DNA of 64,000 nucleotides from a bacterium (lineage in GTDB: Bacteria > Bacteroidota > Bacteroidia > Bacteroidales > UBA1402), in NCBI GenBank assembly GCA_963617485.1, contig CAVEPA010000007.1, positions 30,628 through 94,627 of the forward strand, given 5' to 3'. The position numbers were made by a program, and so were the translations under genes. The notes under the pieces were generated by a model that saw nothing but the letters and a program-made list of their open reading frames with translations, was not told the DNA's origin and ran no database searches. Positions 27,755-36,649 of the stretch are shown one piece after another. Every line of letters begins with the position of its first letter. Position 1 is the first letter of the stretch.

Positions 27755-27804
27755 TCAACCCAAGGAAAGACATCGAGTAGGCGCTGCCAAACTTGCAGAA
27801 CAAC

Positions 27805-27849
27805 AAAGAGTGACTAAAGGTCGAAAGACCGATAGTCACTCTTTATTTT
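27805..27849. terminator. hairpin between convergent genes (probable bidirectional terminator)
   Basis: 12-bp stem aaagagtgacta / tagtcactcttt (27805-27816 and 27833-27844) followed by ATTTT. Confidence 0.6.
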
Positions 27850-27897
27850 GTCCCATCGCTGGGTTGGCCAAACGGCTGGCCAAACAAATTTTTGCGC

Positions 27898-28989
27898 TTA
27901 ATTTTTGAAGGGGTCGAGCGCTATAGTTGGCCGGCCATCGGCAAAAGCACCCATGGCGTAGCCACCGTTATAGCCGTCGGGAGCTTCGGGTTCCCAATAG
28001 AAGACACCCTTGCAGTAGGACAGGGCTTGCGTTTTTTTCAGCAAGTAAGCCATCATTTCTTTGGCCACCTGTGGATTGGATACCGGCATACCGGTTTCGC
28101 AAATCATCACGTCCTTGCCGTAGCTGTTGTAGACCGAGGAAATATTGACAATGCAGGAATTTGTCAGCCCGGCCCAGTCTGTGGTGAAGCTCTTGGTTTT
28201 ATCGTCCCACCAGCAGGGATAGAGCGACATGCCTATCATATCGTACTTGGCGCCGTAGGTGTTCAGCAGGGGAAAAATGTGGGTATACAGGCTCAGCGTG
28301 TGGCCGTTGTCCAAATGCACGATAACTTTCGCTTCGGGATACACCGCCTTGACGGCATCGTAGCAGGCCGTGGTGAGTTCCGCATAGTTTTTGCCGCCGT
28401 TTTCTTTGTAAGACCCGAGCGGATACAGCATGCCGGAACGCGTTTCATTGCCAGCCTGGACCCATTCAACATCTACATCGTTCTTTTTCAGCAACGACAG
28501 CACTTCCGTCGTGTGGTCGGCTACGGCTTGCTTCAGCTCTTCAAGGTTGTAGGAAGCCCAAGCTGCGGGTGTCGCCTGGTTGCCAGGGTCGGCCCAAGTG
28601 TCGCTGAAATGGAAATCGATCATGATTCTCATGCCCAGCTTTTGGGCACGCATTGCCTTTACAAGTACGTCCGAGGCGGAATTCCAGCCATTGTCGGGAT
28701 TTACCCAAACGCGAAGCCGGATGGCGTTCATCCCGATTTGCTTCATCAAAGCGGTGAGTTCGGTTTCTTCGCCTTTGGCATTGTAGAACTTCATGCCCTT
28801 GCTTTCCATTTCCGTTACCCAGCTGATGTCGGCCCCTTTGGCGAAGGCCGTGCGGTCTATCTCAGTGGGCTTCTCGGGCGTGTCCGGGTTGGTAGGTTGT
28901 GTATTCTCCGGAGAACAAGAACAGCAAGAAAGACTGATTAGCGCCAGCAAGGCCAGGACGGCAGCCGGCAAATGTTTGAAAACTTTCAT
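27898..28989 (-). CDS. arabinogalactan endo-beta-1,4-galactanase (GH53)
   Basis: Lipoprotein-type signal peptide (LISLSCCSC), then GH53 hallmarks FAKGADISWVTEME, NAIRLRVWVNP, VQAGNE and ICETG. Confidence 0.9.
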   Translation of the reverse strand: MKVFKHLPAAVLALLALISLSCCSCSPENTQPTNPDTPEKPTEIDRTAFAKGADISWVTEMESKGMKFYNAKGEETELTALMKQIGMNAIRLRVWVNPDNGWNSASDVLVKAMRAQKLGMRIMIDFHFSDTWADPGNQATPAAWASYNLEELKQAVADHTTEVLSLLKKNDVDVEWVQAGNETRSGMLYPLGSYKENGGKNYAELTTACYDAVKAVYPEAKVIVHLDNGHTLSLYTHIFPLLNTYGAKYDMIGMSLYPCWWDDKTKSFTTDWAGLTNSCIVNISSVYNSYGKDVMICETGMPVSNPQVAKEMMAYLLKKTQALSYCKGVFYWEPEAPDGYNGGYAMGAFADGRPTIALDPFKN

Positions 28990-28999
28990 AGGCTATTGA

Positions 29000-29998
29000 T
29001 TATTCGGCTTCGATAAGCGGGTAGAGCAGGTCTTCGTCTATGCGGATGGCCGTTCCGTGGCGCATGCCGGCAGGGAACTTCGCTTTGCCTTCGAGCATCT
29101 CCCATTCGCCCTTCTTGAGGTTCTTGCAGCGGGCGGCCTGGTATTTGCCGTTGCGGTAAGCGTCCCAATATAAGTAGGTATACTTGCCAATCTTGATAGC
29201 GGCAGGCCCTTCGGCCCAAAGCTTGCCCGAGATGGGTTCGGAAACCTTAAGCGGAATCCGTTTCAGACTGGCACTCTTAACCATGCGGATGTTCTTCTCT
29301 ACGGGGTCGAGCGTTTCGTTCTTGAGGAAAATATAGTACTTGCACGACTCTTTCAGCACAAAGGCATCGATGACGTTGAAGCCCGGGTCGTAGAACAAGC
29401 GGGTGGGGGCGAAAGTCTTGAAATCCTTGGTGGTGGTGTAGTACAAGCGATGGTTGTATTGGTCTTCGCTGCTGGCTTGGGCCTCGAACTGCCCTTCGAT
29501 GGTGCTGGCCCAGATAATGTAGAACTTGCGCGAGGCCCGGTCGTAGAAAAGTTCGGGAGCCCAGACATTGCGCGTTTTAGGCTCTTGTGCCATCACGGCA
29601 ATTTCCTGTTGTTCCGACCAGTGCTGAAGATCGTCACTGCTGGCGTAGCCGATGCTGTTGCCCGTCCAGCTGCAAGTCCAAACCATGTGGAAACGGCCGT
29701 CGGGACCTTGTACGATGCTTGGGTCGCGCAGCAATTTTTCCTTGCCCACTTGGGGCGTGAGGAAGCTCTTGCCGTCTTGCACCTTCTTCCAGATAAGCCC
29801 GTCAAAACTATAGGCATAGTGCAGGCCATCGCCATTGCCCTGAAAATAGCAGAACAGATAGGCTTCCTGTTTGCCGTTCACCAAGTTCCAGAACCAGTTG
29901 TCGTTCTTGTCTTTCTTTTCGTCTTTGTTGGCGGCATTGCTGCCAAGCGGCATCAGCAAGGCGGCGAGCAGCAGCAAGCTCTGGCAAAATCTTTTCAT
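29000..29998 (-). CDS. secreted five-bladed beta-propeller glycoside hydrolase, GH43-like
   Basis: I place the start at ATG 29998 ([22 protein letters not shown] signal peptide). The track ORF extends to 30478 only because it is open across ribBA. Motifs LRDPSIVQGPDGRFHMVWT, VWAPELFYD and WAEGP fit the GH43/clan GH-F pattern. The subfamily is not assignable by eye. Confidence 0.6.
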   Translation of the reverse strand: MKRFCQSLLLLAALLMPLGSNAANKDEKKDKNDNWFWNLVNGKQEAYLFCYFQGNGDGLHYAYSFDGLIWKKVQDGKSFLTPQVGKEKLLRDPSIVQGPDGRFHMVWTCSWTGNSIGYASSDDLQHWSEQQEIAVMAQEPKTRNVWAPELFYDRASRKFYIIWASTIEGQFEAQASSEDQYNHRLYYTTTKDFKTFAPTRLFYDPGFNVIDAFVLKESCKYYIFLKNETLDPVEKNIRMVKSASLKRIPLKVSEPISGKLWAEGPAAIKIGKYTYLYWDAYRNGKYQAARCKNLKKGEWEMLEGKAKFPAGMRHGTAIRIDEDLLYPLIEAE

Positions 29999-31209
29999 CA
30001 CTTGATATTTTTTAAGGTGTGGCCCATGCGCGTCTTTTTGGTGTGCAGATAGGCTTCGTTGTAAGGATTTACGGGTGTTTCGATGGCCACGTTCTCGACA
30101 ATTTCCAGCCCATAGGCTTCCAAGCCGATACGCTTGACGGGATTGTTCGACATGAGGCGCATCTTGTGCACGCCCAGGCATTGCAGAATCTGAGCACCCA
30201 CGCCGTAGTCGCGCTCGTCGGCATCGAAGCCCAGGTGCAGGTTGGCGTCGACCGTGTCGTAACCCTCTTCCTGCAGCTTGTAGGCCTTGATTTTGTTCAT
30301 CAGTCCGATGCCGCGGCCCTCTTGGCTCAGGTAAACCACCACGCCCTTGCCTTCGTCCTGTATCTTCTGCATGGCCATGTGCAGCTGGTCGCCACAGTCG
30401 CAGCGCAGCGAGCCCAGCACATCGCCCGTCAGGCAGGAAGAGTGCATCCTCACCAGAATGCTTTCGTCTTCTTTCCATTCGCCCTTAACCAACGCGATAT
30501 GTTCCTGGCCCGTCGACAGCTGGCGGAAGGGAATCAGGTGGAAATCGCCGTATTTGGTGGGCATATGCACGCTGGGTCCCATCTCCACGAGCGACTCCTG
30601 CTGCAAACGGTAGGCAATCAGATCTTTGATGGTGAGCAGCTTGAGCTTGTATTTTTGGGCAATTTCGTAAAGCTGGGGCAGACGCGCCATACTGCCGTCC
30701 TCGTTCATCACCTCGATGAGCGCACCGGCAGGATGCAGACCGGCCATGCGGCAAAGGTCGACGGCGGCTTCGGTATGGCCGGCGCGACGTAGCACACCTT
30801 TGTTCTTGGCGTAGAGCGGGTTCACGTGGCCGGGACGTGCCAGGTCTTCGGGCTGGGTTTCCGGATTGGCCAGAGCCTTGATGGTTTCGGCGCGGTCGTG
30901 GGCCGAAACGCCCGTGGTGCAGCCCGCAATTTTATCGACCGTAATGGTGAAGGGCGTTCCCAGCAGCGAAGTGTTGGAAGCGACCTGCGGGTTCAGCTCC
31001 AGACGCTGGCACTGCTCTTCGGTGATGGGCGCACACAGCACACCACGGCCCATGGTAATCATAAAGTTCACCTTTTCGGGCGTAATCAGTTCGGCAGCTG
31101 TGATGAAATCGCCCTCATTCTCGCGGTCTTCATCATCCACCACAATCACAATCTCACCCTGACGGATGGCTTCGACGGTCTCTTCTACCGTATTCAACTT
31201 GATGTCCAT
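29998..31209 (-). CDS. ribBA: bifunctional 3,4-dihydroxy-2-butanone-4-phosphate synthase / GTP cyclohydrolase II
   Basis: 403 aa with the DHBP synthase N-terminal half ([13 protein letters not shown]) and the GCH-II C-terminal half ([28 protein letters not shown]). Its stop shares one nt with the ATG of the next gene (TGATG). Confidence 0.95.
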   Translation of the reverse strand: MDIKLNTVEETVEAIRQGEIVIVVDDEDRENEGDFITAAELITPEKVNFMITMGRGVLCAPITEEQCQRLELNPQVASNTSLLGTPFTITVDKIAGCTTGVSAHDRAETIKALANPETQPEDLARPGHVNPLYAKNKGVLRRAGHTEAAVDLCRMAGLHPAGALIEVMNEDGSMARLPQLYEIAQKYKLKLLTIKDLIAYRLQQESLVEMGPSVHMPTKYGDFHLIPFRQLSTGQEHIALVKGEWKEDESILVRMHSSCLTGDVLGSLRCDCGDQLHMAMQKIQDEGKGVVVYLSQEGRGIGLMNKIKAYKLQEEGYDTVDANLHLGFDADERDYGVGAQILQCLGVHKMRLMSNNPVKRIGLEAYGLEIVENVAIETPVNPYNEAYLHTKKTRMGHTLKNIK

Positions 31210-31224
31210 AATATCGTAGTTTTA

Positions 31225-32730
31225 TTATTTCCTTTTAATTCGCTTGATTTTTCTGCGGAAATATCTCCACAAAAGCTTCAACTTGAAGACTTGCTTTATT
31301 TTTGCCAACACCGATTCAAAATCGAAGAGCGTTGAGTCGTTTACTGCCGTGATAGTGAGGAAGATACCCAAGGGTAACATCACCGCCGAACTGAGTGCCA
31401 TGCCATAAATTGCGTCCCAATTGCCGCTTTTGACCAGTTTCTGCCCGGCCGTATCAATCAGGTAATAGGCGATGAAAAGCACCACCGACACCACCGCCGG
31501 CATACCCAATCCGCCCTTGCGGATAATGGCCCCCAAAGGCGCACCGATAAAGAAGAAGATAACGCAGGCAAAGGCCAACGAGAATTTCTTGTAGTATTCT
31601 ATGCCGCTGCGCCGGTAACGCATATTGTCGCGCTGGAGCGAAGCCTTCAGGTATTCGAAATCGTTGCGGGCTGACTCTACACGGCGCATACTCTTGGCCA
31701 GCACCTTCTCGGTCTGACGGACACTCAGGCTTAGGTAAAGACTGTCGACGTTGGGATTGAACAACGGCATTTTGGCCACTTTCGAGAGCGAATCCACGCT
31801 GAGTAGATTGCGCCCCTGCGTGTCGCCGCGCCCTAGAAAATAATGCTCGGTATAATGCTCTTGCTTGCGGCCCTGTATGCTGTCGATGCGCGTTCCCACC
31901 GAATCGAGAATGTGCCGTAGCTGGGAGCTGTTCATGCTGATATGCGAATTGTCGTAGGCCGACTCGTCCACACGCGTAAAGTTGGCGTCGAAAGGAATCA
32001 CCACCTCTTTGGTGCGGAAAATCTCGCGGCGGTAAGGAATGCCCACGTCACTGGCATGGTCTTGGTTGAAATTGCTGAAACCTTCGCCGTGATAGAGCGT
32101 CAGTACCAGATTGAGCTTGTCTTCGGTCATGCGAAGACGGCCTGAGTCGGCCAGCGTGACGGCCGCGTTGTCGAAGCCGTCGGAGAAGTCGTAAATCATC
32201 ACATCGAGCAGCAGGCCGCGCTTCACATCCTTGCCCTTGACGTAGATGGTCATGTCCTGAATGCCCGAATAGAAAGCCCCTTCGGGTATGGACAGCGTGG
32301 GCGACTTCTGCTGTATGGAAGCGATGAGCGAGTGCATCTTCACCTGCATCTTGGGCAGGTATTTGTCCTGAAAATAATACGAAGCACAAGCCACGATGCT
32401 CACGCAGATGATGATGGGCTTCATGATGTTGAACAGCGAAACGCCCGCGGCCTTCATGGCTAGCAGTTCCAGCCTTTCGCCGAAGTTGCCGAAAGTCATG
32501 AGCGAGGCCAGCAGGATGGCCAGCGGCAGGGTGGTGGGCAGTAGTTGCGCCGATGCGTAATAGAAAAATTCAAGATACACGCCCAGGCCTACACCTTTGC
32601 CCATAATCTGCTCGGATACCCTCCACAGCAACTGCATCACCAGGATGAAGTTGCAGATGAAAAAGGTCATCAGGAAGATGGGTAAAAAGTTTTGCAGTAC
32701 GAAAGTATGTAGTCTTTTTACGCGGAACAT
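31225..32730 (-). CDS. LptF/LptG (YjgP/YjgQ) family permease
   Basis: 501 aa. The N-terminus FVLQNFLPIFLMTFFICNFILVMQLLW is followed by LELLAMKAAGVSL, typical of LptF/G. There is a large periplasmic insert and C-terminal TM helices. Confidence 0.8.
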   Translation of the reverse strand: MFRVKRLHTFVLQNFLPIFLMTFFICNFILVMQLLWRVSEQIMGKGVGLGVYLEFFYYASAQLLPTTLPLAILLASLMTFGNFGERLELLAMKAAGVSLFNIMKPIIICVSIVACASYYFQDKYLPKMQVKMHSLIASIQQKSPTLSIPEGAFYSGIQDMTIYVKGKDVKRGLLLDVMIYDFSDGFDNAAVTLADSGRLRMTEDKLNLVLTLYHGEGFSNFNQDHASDVGIPYRREIFRTKEVVIPFDANFTRVDESAYDNSHISMNSSQLRHILDSVGTRIDSIQGRKQEHYTEHYFLGRGDTQGRNLLSVDSLSKVAKMPLFNPNVDSLYLSLSVRQTEKVLAKSMRRVESARNDFEYLKASLQRDNMRYRRSGIEYYKKFSLAFACVIFFFIGAPLGAIIRKGGLGMPAVVSVVLFIAYYLIDTAGQKLVKSGNWDAIYGMALSSAVMLPLGIFLTITAVNDSTLFDFESVLAKIKQVFKLKLLWRYFRRKIKRIKRK

Positions 32731-32773
32731 GACTCAGGCTTTAAAGCCTGCAAAGGTAAGCAAAAAAAGGAGA

Positions 32774-33154
32774 CTATAAACCGATTCGCCTGATAAGTGT
32801 ATCGATTTCGGCACTCCAAAGACTGATAAGGTCGTCTTTTTCGTTGTCCGAAGCAAAATCGGTGAGCAACAGCGAAATCTCGCCCGTCAGCTCCGACTTG
32901 ATAATTTCAATCTCGAAGAAGGTGTTTTCGGGTGCATTCAGCCAATGGAAGCGGACGCGCTCGTCGGGTTGCAAATCTATAAGTTTGGCCCTTTCGCTGG
33001 CTTTGTGCCACGAAAAGGTAAAAATGTGGTTATTATCTTCTTCTACGTTGTCGGCCATCCATTCAGCCAGCCCGTGAGGAGTGCTGATGAGCCGCCACAA
33101 AGCTTTGGTAGAGCCTTTCTTCAAACTGAACTCTATGGTAAACTTCTCTTTCAT
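32774..33154 (-). CDS. small START/SRPBCC-like (AHSA1-like) protein
   Basis: 126 aa. The pattern LWRLISTPHGLAEWMAD...RFHW resembles START-like domain proteins of Bacteroidota. Assignment is by weak motif similarity only. Confidence 0.5.
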   Translation of the reverse strand: MKEKFTIEFSLKKGSTKALWRLISTPHGLAEWMADNVEEDNNHIFTFSWHKASERAKLIDLQPDERVRFHWLNAPENTFFEIEIIKSELTGEISLLLTDFASDNEKDDLISLWSAEIDTLIRRIGL

Positions 33155-33339
33155 GAGTGAACTGCTGAAACTTTCGGCGAATATAGTTAAAGATTTTTAA
33201 TTATCAGCATTCAGACGATAAAGATTTTCGATTAAACGGAAGTTTCACGCTTTCGTAACAGAGCTAGGGCTGTTTGTAAGCTTGGAGAAAGCCCTTGTAG
33301 CGGCTATTTAGAAAGTTTTGAAAAATCTGGCGGAATAAG

Positions 33340-33370
33340 TTTGTCAATTCAAAATATGATATTACTTTTG
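33340..33370 (+). promoter_or_regulatory. putative promoter of the tRNA-Met gene
   Basis: TTTG 33340-33343 and tacttttg 33363-33370 are separated by 19 nt, about 27 nt upstream of the tRNA 5' end. Confidence 0.35.
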
Positions 33371-33396
33371 CCGTGCTTTTGAAAAGGCACAATGAT

Positions 33397-33470
33397 GGCG
33401 AGATAGCTCAGCTGGTTAGAGCGCATGATTCATAATCATGAGGTCCTCGGTTCAATCCCGAGTCTCGCTA
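33397..33470 (+). tRNA. tRNA with CAT anticodon, most likely elongator tRNA-Met (tRNA-Ile2/lysidine not excluded)
   Basis: Cloverleaf GGCGAGA-TA-GCTC-AGCTGGTTA-GAGC-G-CATGA-TTCATAA-TCATG-AGGTC-CTCGG-TTCAATC-CCGAG-TCTCGCT-A. Position 1 is base-paired (G1-U72), with no 1:72 mismatch and no GGG/CCC anticodon stem, so it is not an initiator. Confidence 0.85.
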
Positions 33471-33477
33471 CTGCAAG

Positions 33478-33532
33478 AACGGTTAATTTGCAAGCGTACC
33501 TGCACTTGGTACCGGCAGGTGACCGTTTTTTT
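33478..33532 (+). terminator. probable terminator after the tRNA
   Basis: Outer stem aacggt / accgtt encloses inner stem acctgc / gcaggt and is followed by TTTTTTT (33526-33532). Confidence 0.5.
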
Positions 33533-33561
33533 ATGTCTATCAACGAATAAAACGAGTCAAC

Positions 33562-34755
33562 ATGAACCCTATTTCCAATCGTTTGGCTGCTTTGGCCGCG
33601 TCCGAAACGCTGGCCATGTCGCAAAAGAGCAACGAACTGCGTGCCCAAGGTATCGATGTGATTAACCTGAGTGTCGGCGAACCCGACTTCTTTACGCCCG
33701 AGCACATAAAACAGGCTGCCAAACAGGCAATAGACAAGAACTTCTCGTTCTATTCTCCCGTTCCGGGCTATCCCGCACTGCGTCAGGCAATTGTGGCCAA
33801 GCTCAAGAACGAGAACGGTCTGGATTACCTGCCCGAACAGATTGTTTGCTCCAACGGTGCCAAGCAGTCGGTGTGCAACGCCATTTTGGCCTTGGTGAAT
33901 CCCGGCGACGAAGTTATCGTGCCGGCCCCCTATTGGGTAAGTTATGTAGAGATGGTCAAGCTGGCCGAAGGTACCAACGTAATCGTTCATGCCGGCATTG
34001 AGCAGGATTTCAAGATGACAGCCGCCCAGCTTGAAGCTGCCATCACGCCTAAAACCAAGGCCTTGATTCTCTGTTCGCCTTCCAACCCGACGGGTAGCGT
34101 TTACAGCCACGACGAGCTGCAGGCGCTGGCTCAAGTGCTGGAGCGTCATCCGCAGGTCTTCGTTATATCGGACGAAATTTACGAACACATCAATTACATA
34201 GGCAAACACGAAAGTATCGCCCAGTTCGAGGCTTTGCGCGAGCGCGTGGTCATTGTCAACGGCGTTTCCAAGGCTTATGCCATGACGGGTTGGCGCATTG
34301 GCTGGATAGCCGCTCCCAAATGGATAGCCGCTGCTTGCAGCAAGTTGCAGGGTCAGTACACTTCGGGTCCTTGCTCGGTGGCTCAGGAAGCCGCCCGCGT
34401 GGCCTATACCGGCAGTCAGGATTGCGTGGAAGAAATGCGTCAGGCCTTTATGCGCCGTCGCGACCTCATTATCTCGCTTATGCAACAAGTGCCGGGTTTG
34501 GAACTGTGCGTGCCCAAGGGGGCTTTCTACGTCTTCCCCAAGTGCAGCGCTTACTTTGGCAAGTCTTACAACGGACGCAGCATCAATACGGCAGCCGAAC
34601 TGGCCATGTATCTGCTGGAAGAAGGCCATGTGGCCTGTGTGGGCGGTGCCGCCTTCGGCGACCCCGACTGCCTGCGCTTCTCTTACGCCACTTCCGACGA
34701 GAACATCAAAAAGGCTGTTGCCCGCGTCAAAGAGGCTCTTGCCAAGTTGCAGTAA
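33562..34755 (+). CDS. class I/II PLP-dependent aminotransferase (aspartate aminotransferase-like)
   Basis: 397 aa with LSVGEPDF, the PNPTG-type SPSNPTGSVY motif, and NGVSKAYAMTGWRIGW containing the PLP lysine. Confidence 0.9.
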   Translation: MNPISNRLAALAASETLAMSQKSNELRAQGIDVINLSVGEPDFFTPEHIKQAAKQAIDKNFSFYSPVPGYPALRQAIVAKLKNENGLDYLPEQIVCSNGAKQSVCNAILALVNPGDEVIVPAPYWVSYVEMVKLAEGTNVIVHAGIEQDFKMTAAQLEAAITPKTKALILCSPSNPTGSVYSHDELQALAQVLERHPQVFVISDEIYEHINYIGKHESIAQFEALRERVVIVNGVSKAYAMTGWRIGWIAAPKWIAAACSKLQGQYTSGPCSVAQEAARVAYTGSQDCVEEMRQAFMRRRDLIISLMQQVPGLELCVPKGAFYVFPKCSAYFGKSYNGRSINTAAELAMYLLEEGHVACVGGAAFGDPDCLRFSYATSDENIKKAVARVKEALAKLQ

Positions 34756-34774
34756 TTACACCAAGTAGCAGTAA

Positions 34775-36553
34775 CTACAGTTTCAGAACGGCCAGGAAGG
34801 CTTTTTGCGGTACTTCCACCGAGCCGATCTGTTTCATACGCTTTTTGCCCTTCTTCTGCTTTTCGAGCAGCTTGCGTTTACGCGTAATGTCGCCGCCATA
34901 GCACTTGGCCGTCACGTCCTTGCGCACTTGACGCACCGTTTCGCGAGCGATAATTTTGGCGCCGATGGCAGCCTGTATGGCAATGTCGAACTGCTGGCGC
35001 GGGATAAGTTCCTTCAGCTTTTCGCACATGCGTCGGCCCAGGGTTTCGGCATTCGAGATATGCGTCAGGCAGGAGAGTGCGTCCACCGCTTCGCCGTTGA
35101 GCAGAATGTCGAGCTTCACCAGCTTGGATTCGCGGAAGCCGTTCATGTGATAGTCGAAGGAGGCATAGCCCTTGGAGATACTCTTGAGCTTGTCGTAGAA
35201 GTCGAAGACGATTTCGCCCAGCGGTAGGTCGAAAAGGATTTCCATGCGGTTGCCCGAAATGTATTCCTGCTTGACCAGTTCGCCGCGCTTGTCCAGACAA
35301 AGCGTCATGATGGGGCCGATATATTCCGTGCCGGTAATGATGGTGGCGCGGATAAACGGCTCTTCGATATGGTCGATGTAAGTGAGGTCGGGTAGGCCGG
35401 ATGGGTTGTTCACGTCCAGACATTCGCCCTTTTTGGTGTAGACCTTGTAAGGCACGTTGGGCACGGTGGTGATAACGTCCATGTCGAACTCGCGGTCGAG
35501 GCGTTCCTGTACGATTTCCATGTGCAGCAGACCCAAGAAACCGCAACGGAAGCCAAAGCCCAGCGCCACCGACGATTCGGGCTGGAAGGTGAGCGAAGCG
35601 TCGTTCAGCTGCAACTTCTCGATACTGCTGCGCAGATTCTCGTAATCTTCGCTGTCGATGGGGTAGACACCCGCAAAAAGCATGGGCTTCACCTCTTCGA
35701 AACCTTCGATGGCCTTGTTGCAAGGACGTTCCACATGGGTGATGGTATCGCCCACCTTCACTTCGCGCGAAGTCTTGATTCCCGAGATGATATAGCCGAC
35801 ATCGCCGCAAGAAAGCACTTCGCGGGGCTGCATGCTGAGCTTGAGCACACCAATTTCATCGGCATCGTACTGCTTTTGCGTGGCGAAAAATTTCACCAAG
35901 TCTTTGCTGTGCAGCGTGCCGTTGACAATCTTGAAGTAGGCGATAATGCCTCGGAAAGAGTTGAATACCGAGTCGAACACCAGGGCTTGCAGCGGCGCGT
36001 CGGGGTCGCCCTTGGGGGCGGGTACCCTTTCCACGATGGCCTTGAGAATGTCTTCCACGCCTTCGCCCGTTTTGCCGCTGGCCCGCAGAATCTCTTCGCG
36101 TTTGCAGCCCAGCAGTTCAATCACCTGGTCTTCCACTTCCTCCACCTGAGCGCTGGCCAGGTCTATCTTGTTGAGCACGGGAATAATCTCCAGGTCGTTG
36201 TCGATGGCCATGTAAAGATTGGAAATGGTCTGGGCCTGAATGCCTTGCGTAGCGTCAACCACCAGCAGCGCACCTTCGCAGGCGGCAATGGAGCGCGATA
36301 CCTCGTACGAGAAATCCACATGTCCGGGCGTGTCAATCAGGTTCAGCGTATAGTTTTCGCCCTGATACCGATACTGCATCTGGATGGCGTGACTTTTGAT
36401 GGTAATGCCGCGTTCTTTTTCAAGATCCATATCGTCCAGAATCTGGTTCTCGGTAATGGCAACGGTGGCGGTCTTTTCCAGCAAACGGTCGGCTAAGGTG
36501 CTCTTTCCGTGGTCGATATGGGCGATGATGCAGAAATTTCTGATATGTTTCAT
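34775..36553 (-). CDS. lepA: translation elongation factor 4
   Basis: I place the start at ATG 36553 ([24 protein letters not shown]). G-domain motifs DTPGHVDF and NKID are present, as is the LepA-specific C-terminal domain. Confidence 0.95.
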   Translation of the reverse strand: MKHIRNFCIIAHIDHGKSTLADRLLEKTATVAITENQILDDMDLEKERGITIKSHAIQMQYRYQGENYTLNLIDTPGHVDFSYEVSRSIAACEGALLVVDATQGIQAQTISNLYMAIDNDLEIIPVLNKIDLASAQVEEVEDQVIELLGCKREEILRASGKTGEGVEDILKAIVERVPAPKGDPDAPLQALVFDSVFNSFRGIIAYFKIVNGTLHSKDLVKFFATQKQYDADEIGVLKLSMQPREVLSCGDVGYIISGIKTSREVKVGDTITHVERPCNKAIEGFEEVKPMLFAGVYPIDSEDYENLRSSIEKLQLNDASLTFQPESSVALGFGFRCGFLGLLHMEIVQERLDREFDMDVITTVPNVPYKVYTKKGECLDVNNPSGLPDLTYIDHIEEPFIRATIITGTEYIGPIMTLCLDKRGELVKQEYISGNRMEILFDLPLGEIVFDFYDKLKSISKGYASFDYHMNGFRESKLVKLDILLNGEAVDALSCLTHISNAETLGRRMCEKLKELIPRQQFDIAIQAAIGAKIIARETVRQVRKDVTAKCYGGDITRKRKLLEKQKKGKKRMKQIGSVEVPQKAFLAVLKL

Positions 36554-36649
36554 TGAAAAATGGATGTGCTTAAAGTTGATTAACGAATTTAAGGGCAAAA
36601 GTACCTAAAAACTTTCTATTTTTGCAGATTACTAAGTACAAAACCATCC

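Noticed and set aside
29999-30478. N-terminal 160-aa extension of the track ORF 29000-30478
   Set aside because: The extension runs through the ribBA coding region in another frame and is Arg/Gly/Pro-rich junk. A proper signal peptide begins at the internal ATG 29998.
31210-31224. FMN riboswitch upstream of ribBA
   Set aside because: Only 15 nt separate ribBA from the preceding gene, which is too short for an FMN aptamer.
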